Source: an uncultured Thermoanaerobaculia bacterium (GTDB taxonomy: Bacteria > Acidobacteriota > Thermoanaerobaculia > Thermoanaerobaculales > Sulfomarinibacteraceae). Taken from it: a stretch of 42,112 bases of DNA. Position numbers and translations under genes: made by a program. Positions 26,513-34,236 of this stretch are shown here, in pieces. Numbering within the stretch: the first letter of the stretch is position 1; every line of letters begins with the position of its first letter. The DNA lies in assembly GCA_965364305.1 (NCBI GenBank), contig CBDTWX010000001.1, positions 1 to 42,112 of the forward strand. Reading direction: 5' to 3'. Below the pieces are notes generated by a model that saw nothing but the letters and a program-made list of their open reading frames with translations, ran no database searches and had not been told where the DNA came from.

Positions 26513-26824
26513 ATGACCACCGTCCGAGCCACCGTCGAAATCTTCGGCCAACGGCTCGGTCTGCGTGCGGATGGCGACGAGGCGCGCGTTCAGGAGATCG
26601 CCCGTTTTGTCGACTATCGGATGCGCGAGGTGGCGGATCGTAGCTCGAGTGTAGACACGGTCAAGATTGCGGTCTTGACCGCCTTGAACATAGCCGATGA
26701 ACTGTTTCAAGAACGAGAAACGGATCAGGACACCCGGCAGATGAGATTGGAGAAGCAGGCTCAACGTCTCGTGAAAAAGATTGAAGTGGCCATGAAGCCC
26801 GGCACGTCCGGGAAGGAAAGTTAG
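26513..26824 (+). CDS. zapA: Cell division protein ZapA
   Basis: ATG 26513 is preceded by GGGAGGA. The product is MTTVRATVEIFGQRLGLRADGDEARVQEIARFVDYRMREVADRSSSVDTVKIAVLTALNIADELF, matching the ZapA pattern. The ORF-track start at 26453 is upstream of the RBS. Confidence 0.85.
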   Translation: MTTVRATVEIFGQRLGLRADGDEARVQEIARFVDYRMREVADRSSSVDTVKIAVLTALNIADELFQERETDQDTRQMRLEKQAQRLVKKIEVAMKPGTSGKES

Positions 26825-26829
26825 AACTC

Positions 26830-27011
26830 GGAGGTCCCTACGCGGTTGGTGATGAGTGAAACTATCGTTGAACCAACACCTATTTGACGGGTAGCCGGGT
26901 TCCTTCGTTCTGATGCTCGCCGCGAGGTGAAGGATGGGCGGGGGACAGGCACCCACCTGTGGTTACGCAGGTTCAAATAGGCTTGCTCACACGGCCGATG
27001 CGGGGACCTCC
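26830..27011 (+). ncRNA. ssrS: Candidate 6S RNA (SsrS)
   Basis: 182 nt, starting 6 nt after the zapA stop, with no credible ORF. GGAGGUCCC (26830-26838) pairs with GGGACCUCC (27003-27011), and the imperfect closing stem extends further (CGC/GCG, GGUUG/CGGCC, GAG/CUC). An inner stem pairs CCUAUUUGA (26879-26887) with UCAAAUAGG (26973-26981), with further pairs UCCUUC/GAAGGA and GUAGCC/GGUUAC. Asymmetric internal loops lie between the helices. I recall the zapA-ssrS adjacency as being conserved. Confidence 0.55.
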
Positions 27012-27089
27012 ACTTCATCCTCTTGAGACCACAGTCTGCTCCAGCTCGATGCCGGTTGCCCTGATCGCTCCTTGAAAAGGGGGTGAATC

Positions 27090-28664
27090 GTGGAACTACT
27101 GCCGGTAGCAGCGGTGGGGCTGCTCCTGCTCGCTCTGATCGCCCTGGTGATCGAATGGGCTCTTTGGAGGCGCTCGCGAAGCGCCGCGGCGCGTCTCATT
27201 TCGAATGCCGAAAAGGAAGCCCGACGGATCGAGGCGCAGGGCGAGATCGCGGGACAGCGAATCCAAAAGGACGCCGAAATTCTCGCGCGCGAACGCCTGT
27301 TGGCGGCGCGTACGGACTTCGAGCGCGAAACTCGAGAGCTGCGGTTGGATCTTTCCAACCTCAGCAGTGAACTCGACGAAAAGAAATTCGCGATCGACGA
27401 GCAGATCGAGTCGTTGACCGAACGTGAGGCGGCGATCACTTCTCTCGAGACGGACATCCAGGAGCGCGATAGCCGACTGGGTGCGCGAGAGGAGGAGCTC
27501 GAGGCAGCGATTGCCGAGCAGCGAACCCGACTCGAACAGATTGCCGGTCTGACGGTTGATCAGGCCAAGGCGGAGCTGCTGCGGTCGATGGAGAACGAGG
27601 CGCGGATGGACGCGGCCAACCTCATCAAACGGATCGATGACGAAACCACCGAAAAGTCCAAGGAAAAGGCGCGCCGCGTGATTTCGATGGCGATCCAGCG
27701 GATTGCGTCCGAGCACGTTGTGGAAAGCACCGTCTCGGTGGTCGATCTGCCGTCTGATGAGATGAAGGGCCGGATCATCGGTCGCGAAGGCCGGAACATC
27801 CGTGCCTTCGAGCAGGCCACCGGAGTCGACCTCATCGTCGATGACACCCCAGAAGCGGTGATCCTGTCCTGTTTCGAGCCGGTCCGACGCGAAGTCGCGC
27901 GTCTCGCGCTGGCCAATTTGATTCAGGATGGACGGATTCACCCCGGGCGTATCGAGGAGCTCGTGGTCAAGGTCAAGGGCGAGATGGAAGAGAAGCTGCT
28001 CGCCGACGGTGAAGCGGCCGCCCTCGAGGTCGGTATTCCGGATCTTCACCCCGAGCTTCTCAAGCTTCTGGGGCGATTGCAGTTCCGTTCATCCTACGGC
28101 CAGAATGCCCTCAAGCATTCGATGGAAGTGGCGTGGCTGAGCCATCATATGGCGGCTGAACTCGGTGCCGATGCCCAGGTGTCGAAACGAGCCGGATTGG
28201 TGCACGATATCGGTAAGGCAGTCGACCGCGAGATGGACGGGACCCACCTCGAGTTGGGCCGAGAACTCCTGCGGAAGTACGGTGAGACCGATCAGGTCAT
28301 TCACGCCATGGAGTGTCACCACGGTGACTTCGATCCTCAATCAGTTGAAGCGGTCCTGGTGACCGCAGCGGATGCCCTGTCGGCGGCTCGGCCGGGGGCT
28401 CGTCGGGAGATCCTCGAGAACTACATCAAGCGCTTGGAGAAGCTCGAAAGCATGGCCACCGATTTCAAGGGTGTTGAAAAGGCCTATGCCATCCAGGCCG
28501 GTCGCGAGCTTCGGATCGTTGTCGAGTCGGGTCGTGTGTCCGATGAGGACGCCATCTGGCTCGCCCGTGACCTCGCCAAGAAGGTCGAGGCGGAGCTCAC
28601 ATACCCCGGGCAGATCAAGGTCACGGTGATCCGTGAGACCCGGGCCGTGGAGTACGCGCGTTGA
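27090..28664 (+). CDS. rny: Ribonuclease Y
   Basis: 524 aa, GTG start after AAGGGGG. It has an N-terminal TM, a coiled coil, a KH domain (RIIGREGRNIRAFEQATGVDLIVDDTPE) and an HD domain (HSMEVAWLSHHMA...LVHDIGKA). Confidence 0.95.
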   Translation: MELLPVAAVGLLLLALIALVIEWALWRRSRSAAARLISNAEKEARRIEAQGEIAGQRIQKDAEILARERLLAARTDFERETRELRLDLSNLSSELDEKKFAIDEQIESLTEREAAITSLETDIQERDSRLGAREEELEAAIAEQRTRLEQIAGLTVDQAKAELLRSMENEARMDAANLIKRIDDETTEKSKEKARRVISMAIQRIASEHVVESTVSVVDLPSDEMKGRIIGREGRNIRAFEQATGVDLIVDDTPEAVILSCFEPVRREVARLALANLIQDGRIHPGRIEELVVKVKGEMEEKLLADGEAAALEVGIPDLHPELLKLLGRLQFRSSYGQNALKHSMEVAWLSHHMAAELGADAQVSKRAGLVHDIGKAVDREMDGTHLELGRELLRKYGETDQVIHAMECHHGDFDPQSVEAVLVTAADALSAARPGARREILENYIKRLEKLESMATDFKGVEKAYAIQAGRELRIVVESGRVSDEDAIWLARDLAKKVEAELTYPGQIKVTVIRETRAVEYAR

Positions 28665-29455
28665 TTCGGGTTCTCTTCGTGGGCGACGTGATGGGCTCGT
28701 CGGGGCGACGGGCGGTCCGCGACCATCTCGAACCTGTCGTGGACCGCGAAAAGGTCGACTTCGTCATCGCCAATGTCGAAAATGTGGCAGGTGGTTTCGG
28801 AATCACGGCTTCGGTTCTCTCGGAGCTCGATCCTCTCCCGATCCAGGTATGGACCACCGGAAACCACGTCTGGGACAAGAAGGAGGGCATTCCTCTCCTC
28901 GACGCCCACCCGACGCTGCTTCGGCCCGCCAACTATCCCGACGGGAATCCCGGGCGCGGGTGGTGCATCGAGGAGACTGCCTCTGGAGTTCCTGTGGCGG
29001 TGGTCAATCTCCAGGGCCAGGCACTGATGGCGCCGATCGACAACGCTTTTCATTGCGCCGATCGGGTGCTCGCGGAGATCGCGACCGAGGCGCCCAATGT
29101 GCGGGTCATCGTGGTCGACATGCACGCCGAGGCGACCTCGGAAAAACAGGCCATGGGTTGGTATCTGGACGGCCGCGTCACCGCGGTACTCGGAACCCAC
29201 ACCCACGTGCCGACCGCGGACGAACGCATCCTCCCCGGCGGCACGGCCCTGCAAACCGATGTTGGTATGTCCGGTCCCTACGATTCGATCATCGGGATGC
29301 GGCCGGAAAAGGTCCTGGAGCGATTCCTCTACAACACCCCGAGACCGTTCCAGGTCGCCAAGCGGAACGTCCAGCTGCGAGGAGCCCTCATCGATGCCGA
29401 TCCCGAAAGCGGCCGGGCCCTCGCCATCCGTCGTCTTCGGGTCGACGTGGAATAG
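28661..29455 (+). CDS. ymdB: YmdB-family metallophosphoesterase (2',3'-cyclic-nucleotide 2'-phosphodiesterase-like)
   Basis: Motifs MIRVLFVGDVMG, ANVENVAGGFGIT, TGNHVWDKKE and VDMHAEATSEK. It overlaps rny by 4 nt, forming the conserved rny-ymdB pair. Confidence 0.9.
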   Translation: MIRVLFVGDVMGSSGRRAVRDHLEPVVDREKVDFVIANVENVAGGFGITASVLSELDPLPIQVWTTGNHVWDKKEGIPLLDAHPTLLRPANYPDGNPGRGWCIEETASGVPVAVVNLQGQALMAPIDNAFHCADRVLAEIATEAPNVRVIVVDMHAEATSEKQAMGWYLDGRVTAVLGTHTHVPTADERILPGGTALQTDVGMSGPYDSIIGMRPEKVLERFLYNTPRPFQVAKRNVQLRGALIDADPESGRALAIRRLRVDVE

Positions 29456-29566
29456 TCCGCATCTTTTCCCAATACCACATTCGCCATCGGTTCACGGCGG
29501 CGCTGGTCCAGGATTTTTCGTGCGCATCAACTGTCTCGACGTCGTGAATGCCGAATTGACTATTTC

Positions 29567-29595
29567 GACCACGAGCACGAGCACGAGCACGACAC
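29567..29595. repeat. Second copy of the ATTTCGA-(GAGCAC)n element
   Basis: The sequence reads tATTTCGAcCACGAGCACGAGCACGAGCACGAcac. It has the same orientation as the 6646-6678 copy, with one mismatch over about 29 nt. It lies between the convergent ymdB and hutI. Confidence 0.9.
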
Positions 29596-29618
29596 ACTAC
29601 TGAGTATCGCGCGGATTC

Positions 29619-30899
29619 CTATTGAAGAGACGAATCTCTCGTTGGTGGATCGAGCTGGCCGTCCCGCACGACGATCCGACCGTTCTTGATGACGTGGCGG
29701 ACCGGGTTGACGCCGTAGTGGTAGACGATGTGGTGGTAGTTGGGCGCTTCAAGGACGACCATGTCGGCGCATTTTCCGTCTTCGATGGAACCCAACTCGT
29801 CAGCCCGTCCGATAGCGGCCGCCGCATTGAGCGTCACGGCGGTGATCGCCTCAGCGACGCTCAACCCCATTCCGAGGCAGGCGAGCGCGAGAATCATCGG
29901 TAGCGATTCGGTAGGCGAGGACCCCGGGTTGCAGTCGGTGGCCAGAGCCACGGCGCATCCGGCGTCCACCAGCCTTCGCGCCGGCGCCCACGCCGAACGG
30001 AGAAAGAACGACGTCCCCGGCAACAGCACCGCAACCGTCTCGGATTGAGCGAGCGCCGCGATGCCCGCGGGTGTGACACACATCAGGTGGTCTGCCGACA
30101 ACGCCGCCATTTCCACTGCGAGCTCGGTCCCACCCAGGGGAGTCAGCTCGTCGGCGTGGAGGTGGATACGCCAACCCAGAGCGGCTGCGTCGGAGAGCAG
30201 GCGACGGGTTTGATCCAGATCGAAGACCCCCTCTTCACAGAACACGTCAACCGCCTCCGCCAGACCGCGGCGAGCGATCTCGGGATGGATTTCGTCGATC
30301 AGCCGCTGCACCCAGATTTCGGGATCGGCGCGGTACTCGGGTGGGACCTCGTGGGCTGCGAGGCAGGTGGGATGCAGGTCGACCGGATGGTCGAGATTTG
30401 CACGCCGAATCACCTCCAGCATTCGCACCTCGGTCTCGAGGTCGAGTCCATAGCCGGACTTCGCCTCGATGGTCGTCGTGCCGTGCCTCATAAAGCGGTC
30501 GAGGCGGGCGAGCGTGTCGGCGAGAAGGTCCTCTTCAGAGGCTGCTCGAGTGGCGCGCACCGTCGAGTTGATGCCGCCGCCGGAACGCGCAATGTCCATA
30601 TAACTCTCACCCTGCAGCCGGCGGTCGAACTCGTCCTCCCGCGAACCCGCCCACACCGGGTGGGTGTGGGGGTCGACGAAGCCCGGCAGGATACAGCCTC
30701 CTTCGGTCTCGAGGATCTCGTCTACGGCGGTGAAGCGGCCGTCATGCTCGGATTCCTCACCGACAAAAGCGATGCGGCCACTCTCGCAACGAACGACCGC
30801 AGCGGGAAAAACCTCGATCGCCGAGAGTTCGGCGCCCCGCCTCGCCTCCGAACCGATGGGGGTGACAACCTGTTGCGCCCCCCGAACGAGCAGGCTCAT
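29619..30899 (-). CDS. hutI: Imidazolonepropionase
   Basis: 426 aa with PGFVDPHTHPVWAGSRE, GGGINSTVRATRAASE, GTTTIEAKSGYGL, IHLHADEL, ATDCNPGSSP and VYHYGVNPV. It is collinear with my recollection of Bacillus HutI along its whole length. Confidence 0.9.
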   Translation of the reverse strand: MSLLVRGAQQVVTPIGSEARRGAELSAIEVFPAAVVRCESGRIAFVGEESEHDGRFTAVDEILETEGGCILPGFVDPHTHPVWAGSREDEFDRRLQGESYMDIARSGGGINSTVRATRAASEEDLLADTLARLDRFMRHGTTTIEAKSGYGLDLETEVRMLEVIRRANLDHPVDLHPTCLAAHEVPPEYRADPEIWVQRLIDEIHPEIARRGLAEAVDVFCEEGVFDLDQTRRLLSDAAALGWRIHLHADELTPLGGTELAVEMAALSADHLMCVTPAGIAALAQSETVAVLLPGTSFFLRSAWAPARRLVDAGCAVALATDCNPGSSPTESLPMILALACLGMGLSVAEAITAVTLNAAAAIGRADELGSIEDGKCADMVVLEAPNYHHIVYHYGVNPVRHVIKNGRIVVRDGQLDPPTRDSSLQ

Positions 30900-31420
30900 C
30901 TGCCCTCGGAGCCTTCCTGAGACGGCCGTTGAAAGGTGGCGAGCTGCGGGGCTGACCGCTCCCCGCGTTCCCGCTGTTGGTCATCGTCGATCAGACCTTG
31001 CAGGAGTTCGACCATGCGGTTGAGCTCGGCGCGGATCTCGCGCCGCCTGTTGCGGAGGTCGCCGATCACCGTTTCGATGTTCTGTACCCGGCCGTTGGCC
31101 TCGTCGATGAGCCGGTCGGACAGGCGTTGACCTTCGTCGACGATCCGCTGGCCCTCGGCTCGTGCCACTTCGATGGTGGTTTCGGCCGATCGTTGAGCCG
31201 CAACCAAAGCCTCTTTGAGTGCGGTTTCACGTTCGCGAAAAGCGTTGAGCTCCTGGTCCATGTGGTGAACCTGCTGTCTGAGTTCGCCACGCTCCCTCAG
31301 GAGACCTTCGATCACTCGCGCGATCTCGGTGAGATAATCGTGCACCTCGATCTCGGAGTAGCCGTGAAATCGCCGTGTGAATTTCTTGCCGAGAATGTCC
31401 ATCGGAGCGAACTCGGACAT
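30896..31420 (-). CDS. divIVA: DivIVA domain protein
   Basis: MSEFAPMDILGKKFTRRFHGYSEIEVHDYLTEIARVIEGLL followed by a long coiled coil. ATG 31420 is preceded by GGGAG; the ORF track uses TTG 31438. Its stop overlaps the hutI start by 4 nt. Confidence 0.85.
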   Translation of the reverse strand: MSEFAPMDILGKKFTRRFHGYSEIEVHDYLTEIARVIEGLLRERGELRQQVHHMDQELNAFRERETALKEALVAAQRSAETTIEVARAEGQRIVDEGQRLSDRLIDEANGRVQNIETVIGDLRNRRREIRAELNRMVELLQGLIDDDQQRERGERSAPQLATFQRPSQEGSEGR

Positions 31421-31511
31421 GGCATGTCTCCCTTCCAATCAACAATTATGACATTATTTGCGGTTTATATGCCTGGGCGACTGCCGATTACCCCTGGTTA
31501 TACTGTGTAAC

Positions 31512-32453
31512 ATGACGACGGAGGATGAGATGACAGACGTCCGACTCAGCGTCCGAAATCTCCGCAAGACCTTTGACCCGGGTCTTTTCGAGGCCAAGGT
31601 CGAGGTTCTCAAAGGGCTCAGTTTCGACGTCGAGCGGGGCGAGATCTTCGGCTTCTTGGGCCCGAACGGGGCCGGCAAGACGACGACGATCAAAGCGATC
31701 ACCGAGATCATTTACCCCGACTCCGGCGAGATCACGGTCTGCGGCCTGCCCCACACCGATCTCGAGGCCAAGCGACGGATCGGTTTTATGACCGAAAGCC
31801 CGTATGTCTACCGCCATCTCACAGGACGCGAGTTTCTGCGATTCTGTGCCGAGCTGCTCGGGCTTCCGCGAAAAGGACTCGATGATCGAATTTCGGGCGT
31901 CCTCGAAGAGGTCGGCATGGCCGCCGGTGGCGATCGCACGATGGGAGCCTACAGCAAGGGCATGTTGCAGCGTGTTGCCCTGGCGCAGGCATTGCTCGGC
32001 GAACCGGAGCTGTTGATTCTCGACGAGCCGATGAGCGGTCTCGATCCCGTCGGGCGGCGGGACGTTCGGGACATCATTCTCCGGCAGGCGGCCAGCGGAG
32101 TCACCGTCTTTTTTTCATCCCATATCATTCCCGATGTGGAAACCCTGTGCGATCGGGTGGCAATCGTCGTGGGTGGCATCGTCCGCGCCATCGGTGCCGT
32201 TCGAGACCTTGTGTCGAGCGAAGAGGAGCGCTGCGAGGCGACTTTTTCCGGTGCCTCACCGAAAGATCTCAGCACGCCGTTGCTTGCCCACCACATGGGT
32301 AGCGGCGAGGGTTGGGTGATGTTGTTGACGGAACACCGTGACGCCCTGCTCGCGGAGCTGAACCAGAGAGGTGCTCGGTTGGTAAGCATCAATCCCGTCC
32401 GCAGCACTCTGGAGGATTTACTGATGCGCCACTACGAGGAAGACGGTCGATGA
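31512..32453 (+). CDS. ABC transporter ATP-binding protein (ABC-2 exporter type)
   Basis: Walker A GPNGAGKTT, signature YSKGMLQRV, Walker B LLILDEPMSGLD, H-loop FFSSH. The start is either ATG 31512 (7 nt after a TATACT box, leaderless-like) or ATG 31530 (GGAGGA 4 nt upstream). The ORF-track start at 31458 is unlikely. Confidence 0.9.
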   Translation: MTTEDEMTDVRLSVRNLRKTFDPGLFEAKVEVLKGLSFDVERGEIFGFLGPNGAGKTTTIKAITEIIYPDSGEITVCGLPHTDLEAKRRIGFMTESPYVYRHLTGREFLRFCAELLGLPRKGLDDRISGVLEEVGMAAGGDRTMGAYSKGMLQRVALAQALLGEPELLILDEPMSGLDPVGRRDVRDIILRQAASGVTVFFSSHIIPDVETLCDRVAIVVGGIVRAIGAVRDLVSSEEERCEATFSGASPKDLSTPLLAHHMGSGEGWVMLLTEHRDALLAELNQRGARLVSINPVRSTLEDLLMRHYEEDGR

Positions 32454-33217
32454 GAGCGATTCGGGTCATTGCGGTCAACACCTTTCGCGAAGCGATTCGC
32501 GACCGGATACTTTACCTCTTCATCGGGTTTGCGGTCGTGATGGTGCTCAGCACCAAACTCTTCGGGATGCTCACCGTTGGAGACGAGGCCAAGATCGTCA
32601 AGGACATCGGTCTGGCGGCGATGCAGTTCTCCTCGATGTTGATCGCGGTGATGATGAGCATGCTGTTGATCAGTCGTGAGGTCGACAGTCGGACCGTGTT
32701 CAACATCCTGGCCAAGCCCGTTCGAAGATGGCAGTTCATCCTCGGCAAGTACTTCGGCCTGGTCGCGATTGTCGCCGCGAACCTCCTCTTTATCAACGTG
32801 GTTTTGGTGATCGTGGTCCTGATCTACGCTCACCAGTTCGATCCGATGCTGATTTTCGCCGCCGCCATGACGATGCTCGAGATGTTTGTCCTAGCGGCTT
32901 TCGCGACTTTTTTTGCGGTCCTCACGAAACCGATTTTGGGATCCCTTTTGACCCTCGCGGTCTTCGTCATCGGTCATATGTCCGCGGATTTGTGGCTGCT
33001 CACCCGACAGCTGCCGGGTGCGGTGACCCGAGCGGCGATTGCGGTGGTGTATTACCTCGTGCCCAATTTGGACCGATTCAACTTTCACACCGAGGTCGTC
33101 CACGATCTTCCGATTCCCGTCGCGGCGGTTTTTTGGGCCTGCATTTACGCCGCCGCCTTCGTCGTTGTGGTGCTTTTTCTCGCTGATCTGCGTTTTCGCA
33201 CAAGGGACCTCAAGTGA
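32450..33217 (+). CDS. ABC-2 family transporter permease (NosY/GldF-like)
   Basis: 255 aa with 6 predicted TM spans. The N-terminus MRAIRVIAVNTFREAIRDRILYLFIGF is typical of this permease family. ATGA overlap with the ATPase gene. Confidence 0.8.
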   Translation: MRAIRVIAVNTFREAIRDRILYLFIGFAVVMVLSTKLFGMLTVGDEAKIVKDIGLAAMQFSSMLIAVMMSMLLISREVDSRTVFNILAKPVRRWQFILGKYFGLVAIVAANLLFINVVLVIVVLIYAHQFDPMLIFAAAMTMLEMFVLAAFATFFAVLTKPILGSLLTLAVFVIGHMSADLWLLTRQLPGAVTRAAIAVVYYLVPNLDRFNFHTEVVHDLPIPVAAVFWACIYAAAFVVVVLFLADLRFRTRDLK

Positions 33218-34071
33218 AGCGGACTCTTGTTTCGCTGATGATGATCGTTGCCCTGCTGGCGGTCATTGTTACCAGTGAAGTCCGTATGTCAAGGATCCCG
33301 CGCGAGGACCCTCTTGGCCGAGAGCTCCTCTATCTCCCGTCACCGGAGATGCTGAAGCTCTTGAGTCTCGGCAACCCCGGTCTCGCCGCCGACGTTCTCT
33401 ATCTGTGGTCGATCCAGTACTACTCGCTATTCCAACCCCATGAGAGGTTCCTCTACCTCGAGACGATCTACAATTTGATCACCGATCTCGACCCTCGCTA
33501 CGTCGATGCCTACCGGATCGGAGCGCTGATCATGGGGATGCAAATCGGTGGCGATGAGCTCAAGCTGAAGCGGGCCGTGCGTCAATTATTCGGCAAGGGT
33601 CTCCGCAGCCTGCCTGACGACTGGAGCCTTGCCGAATCGGCAGCCTGGGACATGTTCATGCGCTTTCGCGACCGTGAAGCCGCCCTTCACTACGCCGAGA
33701 TTGCATCCCAGCGCCCCGATGCTCCCGCGAGAATCAAACGCATGGTCGGTGTGTGGCGTGACAAGGAGGGGCTGTGGTCGGTCGACGATTCCATCGCGTA
33801 CTGGAAAGCGGCAGTCGAGGATGCGGTCGACGACTACGATCGCAGGATGTGCCTCAGCAAGCTCTATGACGCGGTCTTCGCCAAGGATAGACAACGGCTC
33901 GAACCGTTGCTCACAACCCATGCTCGGACATCCGGGTCGTGCGCTGATTGGGGGGAGCTCATCCGGACCGGTCTAATCGACGAGGTCCCCCTTGATTTCG
34001 TCGGAACCGCGTATGGGATCGATGTCGAAAAATGCACCCTTGTGGCGTTCAAAAAGATCAAGGACCTATAG
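33214..34071 (+). CDS. N-terminally membrane-anchored alpha-helical repeat (TPR-like) protein of unknown function
   Basis: 285 aa with a single N-terminal TM (LVSLMMIVALLAVIVT). It continues LYLPSPEMLKLLSLGNPGLAADVLYLWSIQYY and then helical repeats. GTGA overlap with the permease gene indicates co-translation. Confidence 0.7.
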   Translation: MKRTLVSLMMIVALLAVIVTSEVRMSRIPREDPLGRELLYLPSPEMLKLLSLGNPGLAADVLYLWSIQYYSLFQPHERFLYLETIYNLITDLDPRYVDAYRIGALIMGMQIGGDELKLKRAVRQLFGKGLRSLPDDWSLAESAAWDMFMRFRDREAALHYAEIASQRPDAPARIKRMVGVWRDKEGLWSVDDSIAYWKAAVEDAVDDYDRRMCLSKLYDAVFAKDRQRLEPLLTTHARTSGSCADWGELIRTGLIDEVPLDFVGTAYGIDVEKCTLVAFKKIKDL

Positions 34072-34185
34072 CAATTCGTAGGACGAATTGCGGGGGACGT
34101 CGCCTTGCTCCGTCCCATCGATTGCTGGATCGTATCGGTGCACTCCCGAAAATGTCGCGTTTTCGCTTTCCGATCCGGTTTCGGG

Positions 34186-34201
34186 GGTGCCTGGCACCGT
34201 C
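34186..34201. repeat. Palindrome-containing 16-mer GGTGCCTGGCACCGTC, copy 1
   Basis: Identical to 34242-34257. GGTGCC/GGCACC are self-complementary arms. It lies in the spacer between two convergent genes. Confidence 0.9.
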
Positions 34202-34236
34202 GGTGATGTTCCGTTACGCTTGTGGCCGATCCCTAT

